NCBI GenBank assembly: GCA_007376345.1
Contig: VMGA01000003.1
Location: 1 to 62,712 of the forward strand
Source: Microgenomates group bacterium Gr01-1014_16
Lineage (GTDB): Bacteria > Patescibacteriota > Microgenomatia > CAZETR01 > Amesbacteraceae
Length of the DNA stretch: 62,712 nt
Direction of reading: 5' to 3'
The notes under the pieces were generated by a model, which saw only the letters and a list, made by a program, of their open reading frames with translations, ran no database searches and was not told the origin of the DNA. Numbering within the stretch: position 1 is the first letter of the stretch; each line of letters opens with the position of its first letter. This document shows, in pieces, positions 17,918 to 27,544 of this stretch. The translations under genes were made by a program, and so were the position numbers.

Positions 17918-18215
17918 AACTGTTGATCCTTTCAAAAACTTAATACTCGACGAATATGAACAAGAGCTGGAAGACGCTTTGGAAAAAGGCGAGTTTATTA
18001 GTGACCCTAATTTCAAGAAAAATAAAAAGATATTTGAAGAAGCGGCGAAAAGATTTATTGAGCTTGAAGAGAGTAAAAGCATTACTTTGAGAGTTAAGAA
18101 AAAGGATTTGATTCGGGTGAAAGCAAGAGCCGAGAGAAACAGACTCCCCTATCAAACCCTTATAAACCTGCTCATTACAAATTATGTGGACGGCAGACCA
18201 CAACTTACTATATAA
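17907..18215 (+). CDS. BrnA/CopG-type antitoxin
   Basis: C-terminal RHH-like segment ITLRVKKKDLIRVKARAERNRLPYQTLINLLI. It is a paralogue of 46510..46788 and overlaps the toxin remnant by 11 nt. Confidence 0.7.
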   Translation: MKNKTVDPFKNLILDEYEQELEDALEKGEFISDPNFKKNKKIFEEAAKRFIELEESKSITLRVKKKDLIRVKARAERNRLPYQTLINLLITNYVDGRPQLTI

Positions 18216-18224
18216 TCTAAACAT

Positions 18225-18437
18225 ATGAACCCCGTTGTCCATTCTGATGTTCCGACCGCGAATGACGAACATACCCAAAAGTCCCCGCACTACATCTGTA
18301 CCGGCGGCTGCAAAGGCGTCTCCGATCACCCCGGATCATGCCAAACCGACGGCTGCCCCCTCAAAAGCCACACACTTCAGCCCTGCGACTGCACAGACGA
18401 CAATCATTCTGATATGCTTAATAAACTCTGTCAATGA
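18225..18437 (+). CDS. small Cys/His-rich protein (putative metal-binding)
   Basis: 70 aa containing HYICTGGCKGVSDHPGSCQTDGCPLKSHTLQPCDCTDDNH. Confidence 0.4.
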   Translation: MNPVVHSDVPTANDEHTQKSPHYICTGGCKGVSDHPGSCQTDGCPLKSHTLQPCDCTDDNHSDMLNKLCQ

Positions 18438-18649
18438 AAAATTCCACTCTTAAACAAAGACTAGAAGCCCTACTTTGGATACTTTTTAGTCTAGTAGGAG
18501 TTTACATTGTACTAATTCAAGTAGAAACAACAATCGTGTATTCAATTTTAGATGGTAAAATTAGGGATCCCCTAGATATTGGACTTTTCATCGGTCTTCT
18601 GATTTCTTCTATGGGTATTTTACAAATTGTTTTATTCCTCAAAAGATAA
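18434..18649 (+). CDS. small two-TM membrane protein
   Basis: 71 aa with two hydrophobic helices. It overlaps the upstream ORF by 4 nt. Confidence 0.35.
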   Translation: MKNSTLKQRLEALLWILFSLVGVYIVLIQVETTIVYSILDGKIRDPLDIGLFIGLLISSMGILQIVLFLKR

Positions 18650-19160
18650 CCATAGATCCAAACTCCTTATATAGCTTTGTTATCTTCGGGTCGATCACTA
18701 TCCGACAATATCCGGCGGTCCTGTTTTTTTCATAATAATCTTTGTGGAAATTCTCGGCCGGACAAAAATTAGTTAGCGGGCTAATCTCCGTCACCGCCCC
18801 GGCAATTTTGGCTTTGGCCGCCTCAGCCATATTCCTCTGTTCCTCATCATGGTAAAAAACCGCCGACCGGTATTGCGTCCCTTCATCCGCTCCTTGCTTG
18901 TTCAAACTGGTTGGATCATGCACCGCAAAAAACACCTCCAACAACTTTTCGTACGAAATTATCTCCGGATCAAATTTTACCTGTATCGCCTCCGCCGCCC
19001 CGGTACTACCTGAGAAAACATCTCCATATGTGGGATTGGCCTTATTGGAGTTGGCATAACCCGGCATCACCTCATCCACCCCTTTCAGTTTCCGAAATAC
19101 CGCCTCTGTACACCAAAAACACCCACCCGCAAAAATTGCCGTTTCTATTTTCTCTTCCAT
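18639..19160 (-). CDS. msrA: peptide-methionine (S)-S-oxide reductase
   Basis: The GGCFWCTEAVF active-site motif and a length of 173 aa. Confidence 0.9.
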   Translation of the reverse strand: MEEKIETAIFAGGCFWCTEAVFRKLKGVDEVMPGYANSNKANPTYGDVFSGSTGAAEAIQVKFDPEIISYEKLLEVFFAVHDPTSLNKQGADEGTQYRSAVFYHDEEQRNMAEAAKAKIAGAVTEISPLTNFCPAENFHKDYYEKNRTAGYCRIVIDPKITKLYKEFGSMVIF

Positions 19161-19165
19161 GTAGT

Positions 19166-19202
19166 TCCCTCTCCTAGGTTAGGAGAGGGCTAGGGTGAGG
19201 TA
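19166..19202 (+). repeat. palindromic hairpin element (E3), 3' arm is the msrA Shine-Dalgarno
   Basis: tccctctcctaggttaggagagggctagggtgaggta. On the minus strand, GGAGAGGG lies 6 nt before the msrA ATG. Confidence 0.75.
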
Positions 19203-19206
19203 CTAG

Positions 19207-20355
19207 TCATTCTAGATAGTCCTGCAATTTCTTTCTTCGACTAGGGTGTTTCAACTTCCGCAGCGCCTTAGCCTCGATCTGCCGGATGCGCTCCCGGGTC
19301 ACCCCGAATTCCCGCCCCACCTCTTCCAATGTCATCGGATTTTTGCCATCCAGCCCGAATCGCATCCGCAACACCCTCGCCTCCCGGTCGGACAATGTCG
19401 CCAATACTTCCTCAATATTCTCCTTTAGCAGTTCTTTAGACGCCGCTTCAATCGGCGACGGTTGGCTCGTGTCCGCGATAAAGTCCCCCAACATCGAGTC
19501 CTCCTCGTCCCCCACCGGCGTCTCCAAGCTGGTCGTGTCCTGGGCGATTTTCAAAATCTCCCGCACCCGATGAGCCGTGATCTCCCCCATTTCGGTAGCC
19601 ACCTCCTCCGCCGTCGGCTCCCTCCCCAGTTTCTGCATCAGCTGTCTCTGAATTCGAATCAACTTGTTTATCGTCTCCACCATGTGCACCGGGATCCGGA
19701 TCGTCCTCGCCTGGTCGGCAATCGCCCGGGTAATGGCCTGCCTTATCCACCACGTGGCATAAGTAGAAAACTTATATCCTTTCCGCCAGTCATACTTCTC
19801 CACCGCCCGGATTAGCCCTTGATTTCCCTCCTGGATTAGATCGAGTAAAGACAATCCCCGCATTACGTACTTTTTAGCTATAGATACTACCAACCTCAAA
19901 TTACTTTCTGTCAGCTTTTTCTTTGCCCGCCGGTCCCCTTTTTCAATTTTTTGGGCCAGTGCGATTTCTTCCGGGGATTTTAAAAGTGGGATCCTTCCGA
20001 TTTCCCGCAAGTACATCCGCACCGGATCGGTCGTTATCGCCCCTTCGGTTTTTGTCAGCGCTTCAATCTCTTTTTCCAAGTCCACCACCGATTTTTCACT
20101 TTCTTCAATTTCCTCCTCCGTTACCGTCTCAAAAACATCCACGTCCACGCTCAACAATTTTCCAAACAAACAATCCAGTTCCTCCACCCTTTCCTCCGCG
20201 TTCGGATATACCTCCAATATTTCATCCAGGGTCAAATAACCCTGATGCCGGCCTTTTGCTACTAGTTTTTCCGCCCCTTCCGAAAATTTCACCGTTTTAG
20301 CCATATAAAAAGGACCTGTGTCAAGCACGTTCGGTTCACCCGAACGTACCGTCAT
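19207..20355 (-). CDS. rpoD: RNA polymerase sigma-70 factor (primary-like)
   Basis: Regions 2-4 are recognisable: [47 protein letters not shown]. An alternative start is MAKTVKF at 20304. Confidence 0.9.
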   Translation of the reverse strand: MTVRSGEPNVLDTGPFYMAKTVKFSEGAEKLVAKGRHQGYLTLDEILEVYPNAEERVEELDCLFGKLLSVDVDVFETVTEEEIEESEKSVVDLEKEIEALTKTEGAITTDPVRMYLREIGRIPLLKSPEEIALAQKIEKGDRRAKKKLTESNLRLVVSIAKKYVMRGLSLLDLIQEGNQGLIRAVEKYDWRKGYKFSTYATWWIRQAITRAIADQARTIRIPVHMVETINKLIRIQRQLMQKLGREPTAEEVATEMGEITAHRVREILKIAQDTTSLETPVGDEEDSMLGDFIADTSQPSPIEAASKELLKENIEEVLATLSDREARVLRMRFGLDGKNPMTLEEVGREFGVTRERIRQIEAKALRKLKHPSRRKKLQDYLE

Positions 20356-20381
20356 GGTCAGATTCGGCCAACTATACAGGT

Positions 20382-22010
20382 TTATTTATTCCGCGTCAAC
20401 TCCGCCTTTCTCCTGCTCAACTCCCCAATCTTGCTCGTATCATCTCCCACCATCCTTTCCTCAATATCAACTAGCTCCAGCAAATCCTTCGCCTCCTCCC
20501 ACTTTTTCTCGCTAAACTCTTCGTCAGTCAGCATCAACTCCTGCACCCGGCCTTTCAATTCACTAGGCAAATCATCAATGCGTTCTACTACTCTTCTCCA
20601 AAAATCCGTCTTTATCCATGAAATTTTACCCAGCTCTTTAGTTTTTTTCCCCAGCAGCGCCATCAGTATTAGTCTCTCCTCCCGTACTTCCCTCCGGCTT
20701 TTTTGGGATTTAAAATTTGGGATTTGGGATTTGTTTAGGATTTCGTGCTTAGAATTTAGAGTTTTCGCCAACTGGACTCTTATATCATCTTCGCCCACAT
20801 CCAACACTTTTGCCAGTTGGCGTATGTAGTGTGCTTTGACTATCTCATCGCTTATCCCCGCCCAAATCGGCAGCAATTCCTGTCCGATCTTCTTCTTCCC
20901 CGCTATCTCTAATCCATGTCTGGTAACCGCCGACTCGATATAAAAATCATAAATCGGTATCGCCTCCTTCACCGCCTTCTTCCACTCCTCCGGTTTTTGT
21001 ATTGCCAATTCTCCTGGATCCTTCGCCCCAGACAATCTAACCATCTTAACCATCAAACCGTTTTTATCTGCTATTTCTATTCCCCGCCGTGCAGCCGAAT
21101 CTCCCGCCACGTCCGCATCCAGCGCCAAAACTACCGTGTCACAAATCCTCCTCAATATTTCCACTTGCCTCTCAGTCAACGCCGATCCCTTTATCGCCAC
21201 CACGTTTGTCACCCCTGATTGCCAACTGGCAATCATGTCAATTTCTCCCTCCACAATTACCGCCCACCCCGCGTGTTTAATCTCACTCCTAGTTATATCC
21301 AATCCGTATAACAACTCGCTTTTGTGATAAATCTCCGTCTCCGGCGTATTCACATACTTAGCCTGTCCCTCACCATCCAATATTCTTCCCGCGAATCCCA
21401 TCACCTGACCCCTCGCATTGGCCAACGGAAAAATAATTCTATTTCTAAATCTATCATAACTTTTGCCTTCGACTACTAACCCCGCTCTTCTTAAATCGTC
21501 AATCTTTATGTTCTTTTTCCCCATGTACTTCGTCAGGAATTCCCATTCATCAGGAGCGTATCCCAAATTAAATTTCTCCACACTCTCTTCACTTATCCCC
21601 CGATCCTTCAAATACTCCAGCGCTTTTTTACCCGACTTATGCTTGGTCAGCAAATAATGATATGCCTGCGCCGCCAGGGTATTTATTCCGATCAACTTTT
21701 CCCTCACCTCTTCCACCCCGCTCGGCCGGTAACTCTCCAACGTCACCCCCACTCTTTTCGCCAACGTCTGCAACGCTTCTCCAAATTCCATTCCCTCTAT
21801 TTTTTGCAAAAAAGAGTAACAATCACCTCCCTCATTACAACCAAAACATTTAAATATCTGCAGCTCCGGATTGACCATAAACGACGGCGTCTTCTCCCCG
21901 TGAAACGGACACAATCCCTTAAAATTCCGCCCCGCCCGCTTCAGCTGCACATACTCCTGCACCAACTCCACAATATCGACTTTTTGTTTTATTTCCTCAA
22001 CCTGATCCAC
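20382..22010 (-). CDS. dnaG: DNA primase
   Basis: Zinc finger [17 protein letters not shown] and a Toprim segment ([20 protein letters not shown]). It lies upstream of rpoD, as in the classic dnaG-rpoD arrangement. Confidence 0.9.
   Translation of the reverse strand: MDQVEEIKQKVDIVELVQEYVQLKRAGRNFKGLCPFHGEKTPSFMVNPELQIFKCFGCNEGGDCYSFLQKIEGMEFGEALQTLAKRVGVTLESYRPSGVEEVREKLIGINTLAAQAYHYLLTKHKSGKKALEYLKDRGISEESVEKFNLGYAPDEWEFLTKYMGKKNIKIDDLRRAGLVVEGKSYDRFRNRIIFPLANARGQVMGFAGRILDGEGQAKYVNTPETEIYHKSELLYGLDITRSEIKHAGWAVIVEGEIDMIASWQSGVTNVVAIKGSALTERQVEILRRICDTVVLALDADVAGDSAARRGIEIADKNGLMVKMVRLSGAKDPGELAIQKPEEWKKAVKEAIPIYDFYIESAVTRHGLEIAGKKKIGQELLPIWAGISDEIVKAHYIRQLAKVLDVGEDDIRVQLAKTLNSKHEILNKSQIPNFKSQKSRREVREERLILMALLGKKTKELGKISWIKTDFWRRVVERIDDLPSELKGRVQELMLTDEEFSEKKWEEAKDLLELVDIEERMVGDDTSKIGELSRRKAELTRNK
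20703..20765 (+). repeat. TGGGATT-type heptamer tract, in-frame in dnaG
   Basis: ttgggatttaaaatttgggatttgggatttgtttaggattt..., encoding ..[15 protein letters not shown].. Confidence 0.8.
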
Positions 22011-22036
22011 TCCTGCATCTTACCATTTAGGCACAT

Positions 22037-22891
22037 TTATGGTAATTGCATCAGGGTGTTGGTGTCACCCCCGCCCACGTAAGTTGGTAATTTCCCATCC
22101 CATTTCTCAATCCACAATTTGCGCAGTAGTGCGTCATTTATCGTCAGTCTTTGCAATTCCTGCTCGCGGGCTTGACCCTCCGCCGCCGTAATTCTCTGCT
22201 CTTTTCTAAACTCCTCCTGCGCCGCTTTATTTTTCTCCACTTCAATCATCACCAGTTCCACCTGTTTTTGTTTAATAGCCTCGACATAGCTCATGTCAAA
22301 AACTATCTCTCGTATTCCTACTGTGTCCAAAACTAATCCATTCGTTTCAAACACCGGTTTCAATTTTTCAAAAATCGCGTCTTGCACTTTTATCGACCCC
22401 TCTCCTGTATACAATTCTTCCGCCGAATAATTCCGAGGCACGTTTCTTGCCCAGATTCGCGACTCGGTTTTGACAATCTTTTCTACCAGTGCTTCTTCTG
22501 GTCCTATATTTTGGGCTATCCACTTCGCCTTCTCCGGGTCTACTGAAAATCGCACCGTATACGAAATATCCACCGGCTGGCCGTCCTTGGTATTTGTATC
22601 CACCGGCGAATCCCGATAGTCGGCGTTGGATAATCCCTTTTTCTCCGTCGGCGCCGTCTCATATGTAATTTTCTTGGTATTGTAATTCAAGGTTGTTTCC
22701 ACAAAAGGCATTATAAAATTTGCCCCGGGATACAAAACTCTTCCGGTCACCTGGCCAAACCGCGTTACCACCGCCACCTCTCCTGTTTTTACCGTCCGAA
22801 ACGCCGCCAACACTACAACCAACATCCCCAACAATACTCCTGCTGTCCTTGTTCCCCCTCTCACTCTCTGCCACACCTCATCTGGTCTCAT
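22037..22891 (-). CDS. SPFH/Band-7 (prohibitin/HflC-like) membrane protein
   Basis: N-terminal TM helix, then a typical SPFH core (VVTRFGQV...) and a coiled-coil tail. Confidence 0.8.
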   Translation of the reverse strand: MRPDEVWQRVRGGTRTAGVLLGMLVVVLAAFRTVKTGEVAVVTRFGQVTGRVLYPGANFIMPFVETTLNYNTKKITYETAPTEKKGLSNADYRDSPVDTNTKDGQPVDISYTVRFSVDPEKAKWIAQNIGPEEALVEKIVKTESRIWARNVPRNYSAEELYTGEGSIKVQDAIFEKLKPVFETNGLVLDTVGIREIVFDMSYVEAIKQKQVELVMIEVEKNKAAQEEFRKEQRITAAEGQAREQELQRLTINDALLRKLWIEKWDGKLPTYVGGGDTNTLMQLP

Positions 22892-23423
22892 ATGTCTTTG
22901 CCGCCTCCTGTGCCTTTTGTAACTGTCCGAGCGGATTAATAGCTATCAATAATATTGTCGCCACTATTCCCAACACAACCACAATCGGCAGTGAACAAAC
23001 CAGCAAGTAAGCCAAAAACTTTCTTCCCCCGCCGATTGCCTCATACTGCACCACAAAAGTCTTAGCGATTTTGTCATGCCACCCCTGTTTGTTTTTGTCC
23101 CAAATAATCCAGAAATACCCCAACGAAAAGACCAAAGTCGAAAGGATCTTTCCCAAGGTTTCTCTCAAGAATGCTTTTCCCATTCCCACCTTGGTGCCGT
23201 CCTCGGTTACCACCCTCAAGTGGAAAAATCTTTTTCCCAGCGTCATTCCGTACATTCCCGTTGCCAAACTCGAATAAACCATAAACATCAACCCGGCTAT
23301 CATGTCTATCTCTCCCCGGTTATTACCCAGCAGCACAATCAAGGGAGACACCAATAAGGTCGCCAAAAAAATATCCACCAGATAAGCCGCCCCTCTAATT
23401 ACAAACCCTGCCTTATTCTCCAT
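22878..23423 (-). CDS. RDD-family membrane protein
   Basis: RGAAYLVDI...GMTLGKRFFHLRVV...QGWHDKIAKT is characteristic of RDD. Confidence 0.75.
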   Translation of the reverse strand: MENKAGFVIRGAAYLVDIFLATLLVSPLIVLLGNNRGEIDMIAGLMFMVYSSLATGMYGMTLGKRFFHLRVVTEDGTKVGMGKAFLRETLGKILSTLVFSLGYFWIIWDKNKQGWHDKIAKTFVVQYEAIGGGRKFLAYLLVCSLPIVVVLGIVATILLIAINPLGQLQKAQEAAKTYETR

Positions 23424-23429
23424 ACTCCC

Positions 23430-24863
23430 TCACTTTACTCCTATGATTTTATCCCTGTCAATCCACTTGCTTGCCGCCAACTTCCCGTTATAAATCAATT
23501 TATAATCAAACCCCTCAATTCCCGGCTGACGCTTGATGAGTATCTTATACTGATTTCCCTCTCCGAAAAATATCTCTCTCTTCTTATCCCCCTCTCCTAA
23601 ATTAGGAGAGGGGTCAGGGGTGAGGTATTGGAGCTCCGCCGTTATCGTCTTTTTCGCCGGCACGTTCGCCCAAAACCCGATTATTTGTAAATCGCCCCTT
23701 TCTTCAACGTTATACATATCTGTGCTCATTTCTTGCCTCAGCGAATTCGGCATGACAAAATCCTTCTCCGTCGCCAATCTTAATTCTCGTCCTTGGAGCT
23801 TGACGGCTTGGATCTTGTGGCTTGAGGGAATTACAACTCTGTTGTAATTCACGTACTGTCCGCCCCAAAACACCGGCGGCTTCGTGGCATCAAACTCATT
23901 CTCATTTTTCCAAGTTATTGTTAACTTAACTTTATTATTCTCAATCTCTTGTCTCACGTCTCTATCCATACAACAATTGGCTTTATTAGCTCCTAAATTA
24001 CTCTCCACTATATATAAGTAGTCCGATTTTTTGTCCCATCCGTCTTCAAGCCTTCCCCCCCACCTCCGAATTTCCGCATCCTTTATCCACACCAAAATCT
24101 GTTTCTTTCTCAGCTCATCCCACACCAATTTGCCCAATTTGCCCAATTCGACTAATCCGGCATCTTTTACTTTTCTCACCAGCGCACCACCTACTGAACC
24201 CAAAAAATCCTTCTTTTTAGTCGATCCGGGGAAAAAGCCTTCTTCTGCATATCTTTGTGCAAGTGAATACAAGTTTTGTCCGGTAACCGTCTTATCAAAA
24301 TCTAACACTTTCACCCCTCCGAGTACATCAATTATCTTAGCAACTGTTGTTTGATTGATCGCAACAATCCCCGCTGGTTCCGGTTCGTTACCTTGTTTTA
24401 GAAACCAGGCAATTGTCGCCGCAGAAGAAGCAAAATCCGGATCCCAATTGCTATCCCGCAGCCACCAGTAACCAATCTTAAAAGCTTCCTGCACCGGATA
24501 CGGCGGTTCCACGTGTCCCGGCAATTGCCCATCCGGTACATATATATCCTGAATGTCTATACTCTTCACTCCGCATTGAACATTGAACATTGAACATTGA
24601 ACATTTATTTTCGCGTAGCTTCCCATAAACCCCCCCGTCGCCCGGAGTTCGGTATTATTCTGCAACATCACGTAGTACGTTTTATTATCCAGCAATCTAT
24701 CCAAATCCACCAACCCGCTCGTGCACCAGTTAAACAACTTATGATCCCCCAAATTATTATTCAACATCCTCCTCATTACACCCGCTGCACTCCACCCACA
24801 CCCCCCTCCCAACAACCCCAAAATCCCTAAACTACCTAAAACTATAAACCACACTTTCTTCAT
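23430..24863 (-). CDS. DUF4012-domain secreted/membrane-anchored protein
   Basis: YYVMLQNNTELRATGGFMGSY is the hallmark DUF4012 motif. The gene carries a TTGAACA tract and a palindromic element in-frame. Confidence 0.75.
   Translation of the reverse strand: MKKVWFIVLGSLGILGLLGGGCGWSAAGVMRRMLNNNLGDHKLFNWCTSGLVDLDRLLDNKTYYVMLQNNTELRATGGFMGSYAKINVQCSMFNVQCGVKSIDIQDIYVPDGQLPGHVEPPYPVQEAFKIGYWWLRDSNWDPDFASSAATIAWFLKQGNEPEPAGIVAINQTTVAKIIDVLGGVKVLDFDKTVTGQNLYSLAQRYAEEGFFPGSTKKKDFLGSVGGALVRKVKDAGLVELGKLGKLVWDELRKKQILVWIKDAEIRRWGGRLEDGWDKKSDYLYIVESNLGANKANCCMDRDVRQEIENNKVKLTITWKNENEFDATKPPVFWGGQYVNYNRVVIPSSHKIQAVKLQGRELRLATEKDFVMPNSLRQEMSTDMYNVEERGDLQIIGFWANVPAKKTITAELQYLTPDPSPNLGEGDKKREIFFGEGNQYKILIKRQPGIEGFDYKLIYNGKLAASKWIDRDKIIGVK
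23588..23626 (+). repeat. palindromic hairpin element (E4), in-frame inside the DUF4012 gene
   Basis: cccctctcctaaattaggagaggggtcaggggtgaggta, translated as ..YLTPDPSPNLGEGD.. Confidence 0.75.
24574..24606 (+). repeat. TTGAACA heptamer tract (4 units), in-frame in the DUF4012 gene
   Basis: Encodes KINVQCSMFNVQCGV. Confidence 0.9.
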
Positions 24864-26304
24864 TGTCTTTATGAATTATTACATAATCGACTTTCGCGTC
24901 TATTTCTGGCGGCTTAAATCCCGAGTACCCATTAACTAGTTTTTTATCATGTATCCAACTGTAATACATCCTTTGCAACTCTATATCTTCGTTCCCCCTC
25001 GGCAACTCCAATATCACCTCTCCCGGCTGGTCCTTTAACCATTTATAAACCTTCGGAAATTCCTCCGGCCTCGGCAACTCCCTGTATTTTACTAAGTGTG
25101 TCCCTCCAAATATCGCAACAAATATCGCTCCTACAAGCCCTAAGGTTTTTTTATTGAACATTGAATATTGAATATTGGACATTCCTAGTGCAATCAGTCC
25201 GCTTGCCCCAAACCCCGCCAGCCACATCCACCTGCTAGTTGTCCGCGAAGCTTGCAATCCCGGAACTGCGTAATACGCTGCCGCGTACGGCAGCGGTATC
25301 GGATATCCGCCAACTTTGACCGTCTCCCCCCGCCATCTCAAGGTCGGCCCCATCGCCATCACCACCCCAATAAATAATATCAATATTAACCACTTTCCCT
25401 CTCCTAATTTAGGAGAGGGATAAGGGTGAGGTACTACCAGCCTAATAACAGCAACTGCCAGCAATATGAATAGACCCGGCGAATAGAACTTCCCCCACAA
25501 ATCATTCACCGAAATACTGCCGTGTGCCGCGTCCCTAATCGTCCTCACAAACCCCATCTCTCTCGAAACTTTGGAATAAACTCTAACTACCGGCCACGCA
25601 ACTACTCCCGCAATTACACAAATAAATAATAATTTCTTGAATTTATTGAATCTTGAATCTTGAATCTTGAATATTAAAGCGGCAAGTATTATTGTAGCCG
25701 CAAAATACACCGGCAACACAGTCTGCCACATTTGCAACCCCAAAAGTATCGCCCCCACCACCCCCTTAACCCATTTTTCCCCCTTAACCCATTTTATTAT
25801 TAACCAACAACCAACTAACCAATACTGCATTCCCCACATCTGCAAATGTACCTGGTACTCCCACCTTATTTGTGACAGTCCAAATGCCACACTTCCCACC
25901 ACCGCTCCCCAACTGTTTCCGGCAATTTCTTTAAACCAAAAATATAAAACTAGCATTGTCGTCACTTGTCCCACCGCCATTACCCATCCACTGGCAACTG
26001 CCGGATTTTTACTCAATATCACCGGAAAATATGCCACCGCAGCGTCTATAAAAAATAACTCGGAATAGGCCAAAGTATTCTTATACGGGTAATAAATGTT
26101 TCCCTGAAAAAGCAGGTGTTTGCACTCACCCGGATTGCGAATACAACCCGAAATAATTTTTGCCTCCCGGTTAATAACCCAGTTTATAAACCACCCGTCA
26201 TATCCATAGTCCGGAATCCGGCTCTGCCGGACCACAACCGGCCACACCGACCACAACGCTACCGCGGCAACAACTACCGCCGGCGCCAGTTTCCTAAAAT
26301 CCAT
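24832..26304 (-). CDS. polytopic membrane protein, GT-C-fold glycosyltransferase-like (tentative)
   Basis: More than 10 predicted TM helices. Start moved to MDFRKLAPAVVV. Contains three in-frame repeat insertions. Confidence 0.45.
   Translation of the reverse strand: MDFRKLAPAVVVAAVALWSVWPVVVRQSRIPDYGYDGWFINWVINREAKIISGCIRNPGECKHLLFQGNIYYPYKNTLAYSELFFIDAAVAYFPVILSKNPAVASGWVMAVGQVTTMLVLYFWFKEIAGNSWGAVVGSVAFGLSQIRWEYQVHLQMWGMQYWLVGCWLIIKWVKGEKWVKGVVGAILLGLQMWQTVLPVYFAATIILAALIFKIQDSRFNKFKKLLFICVIAGVVAWPVVRVYSKVSREMGFVRTIRDAAHGSISVNDLWGKFYSPGLFILLAVAVIRLVVPHPYPSPKLGEGKWLILILFIGVVMAMGPTLRWRGETVKVGGYPIPLPYAAAYYAVPGLQASRTTSRWMWLAGFGASGLIALGMSNIQYSMFNKKTLGLVGAIFVAIFGGTHLVKYRELPRPEEFPKVYKWLKDQPGEVILELPRGNEDIELQRMYYSWIHDKKLVNGYSGFKPPEIDAKVDYVIIHKDNEESVVYSFR
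25153..25183 (+). repeat. TTGAA(C/T)A heptamer tract, in-frame in 24832..26304
   Basis: Encodes MSNIQYSMFNKK. Confidence 0.85.
25396..25433 (+). repeat. palindromic hairpin element (E5), in-frame inside membrane protein 24832..26304
   Basis: tccctctcctaatttaggagagggataagggtgaggta, translated as ..PHPYPSPKLGEGK.. Confidence 0.75.
25636..25675 (+). repeat. TTGAATC heptamer tract, in-frame in 24832..26304
   Basis: Encodes FKIQDSRFNKFKK. Confidence 0.85.
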
Positions 26305-27413
26305 ATTGCCATTAGTACTGCAAATAACTTCGGATGAAAATCTAGTTGCGTGAACTCTACCACCATCATAAGTAGCGCAAGAATTCCCAACTCCTCTTCT
26401 CTCTTGTGTTCCTTTGCCCACAAAAAACACGCCAACATCAGCGGAATCATAACCAAATATATGTATCTCGAATCAGATAATACATTTTCCACCCCCGCCG
26501 GAATAAACAAATACACCCCGAAATTCCCCGCCGCCAAAAACAGTAATGTACTTGTTTTTAAATTTAAAAATTTAGATTTGAAAATTGATTTAAAATTAAA
26601 AATTAAAAATTTAAAATTATGAGCTATTAAAACAATTCCTAATACTGGCCACAACAGGTATTCAGAAAATAAAGCTTCCGCAAATTTAGCCGGGTGGTAA
26701 ACCGGAATCATCCACACTCTTCTTTCCAACATCCGGAAATTAGCCGCCCCCACCGGATACAGCGCATGCCCCATTTCCAAATAGTTTCTCAGGTACCACC
26801 CACCACCCACCAAAATCATCACTAAAACCGCCACCAAAAAATTCTTGCTTTTGTATTTCCAGACCGCCGCCGCCAGAAATACCGCCGCAAACCCCAAACC
26901 GGAATATTTAGTCCCGATTAAAAGTCCCAAAAACACTCCAAACTTTATCCAACTCTTTATTGAACATTGAACATTGAACATTAAACATTCCCGCAACGCG
27001 AACAACCCCCAAACTGCCATCCAAATATCAACTGTTTGAGTCGGAATCAATCTAACGACCGACGGCAACAAGCCCGCCGCCGCCGCCAATATCGTCGCCC
27101 CGTCCTTCCCGATCCCCCAAACCTCCCCAAACTCCCTAACCACCCAAAACAACACTATCCACCCCACCACATTATACAAATTCAGCGGTATTCCCAATTT
27201 CATAAACCCGGCCAAAATTATCTCCCCCGTCCCCGGGTAATACTCCAGCCAGTTATCAAAATTCCCCCATTTCCCCGCCACAATATTCCTGGCAATGGGA
27301 ATGTGATACGCCAAACTGTCCCCCTCCCACGCCCGTCCCAACATCCCTAAATACCCAAAATACCCCAAAACTATTAACCAAATCCCCACCGCCACTTTAG
27401 CCAGAATCTTCAT
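26274..27413 (-). CDS. polytopic membrane protein, ArnT/PMT-like glycosyltransferase (tentative)
   Basis: Many TM helices. Start moved to MKILAKVAVGIW so that it does not run into tRNA-Ser. Confidence 0.45.
   Translation of the reverse strand: MKILAKVAVGIWLIVLGYFGYLGMLGRAWEGDSLAYHIPIARNIVAGKWGNFDNWLEYYPGTGEIILAGFMKLGIPLNLYNVVGWIVLFWVVREFGEVWGIGKDGATILAAAAGLLPSVVRLIPTQTVDIWMAVWGLFALRECLMFNVQCSIKSWIKFGVFLGLLIGTKYSGLGFAAVFLAAAVWKYKSKNFLVAVLVMILVGGGWYLRNYLEMGHALYPVGAANFRMLERRVWMIPVYHPAKFAEALFSEYLLWPVLGIVLIAHNFKFLIFNFKSIFKSKFLNLKTSTLLFLAAGNFGVYLFIPAGVENVLSDSRYIYLVMIPLMLACFLWAKEHKREEELGILALLMMVVEFTQLDFHPKLFAVLMAIWILGNWRRR
26556..26619 (+). repeat. A/T-rich TTTAAAA/TTGAAAA tract, in-frame in 26274..27413
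   Basis: Encodes NFKFLIFNFKSIFKSKFLNLK. Confidence 0.75.
26959..26989 (+). repeat. TTGAACA heptamer tract, in-frame in 26274..27413
   Basis: Encodes CLMFNVQCSIK. Confidence 0.9.
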
Positions 27414-27439
27414 TCTGGGGTAAAATATACACCACACCG

Positions 27440-27526
27440 GGAAGGGTCGCATAGTGGTCTAGTGCCCGCGCTTGGAGAGCGCGTATGGCCGCAAGGTCAT
27501 CGGGGGTTCGAATCCCCCCCCTTCCG
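27440..27526 (+). tRNA. tRNA-Ser (GGA), class II with long variable arm
   Basis: Acceptor GGAAGGG/CCCTTCC, anticodon stem CGCGC/GCGCG with loop TTGGAGA, variable arm TATGGCCGCAAGGTCATC, T-arm GGGGG-TTCGAAT-CCCCC. Confidence 0.85.
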
Positions 27527-27544
27527 CCTTCGGTCACCATAGCT

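Noticed and set aside
12120-18649. Calling the tRNA-Asn-flanked region an integrative mobile element.
   Set aside because: I could find no integrase, recombinase or transposase gene, and no repeat of the tRNA 3' end. It is reported only as a compositional or accessory island.
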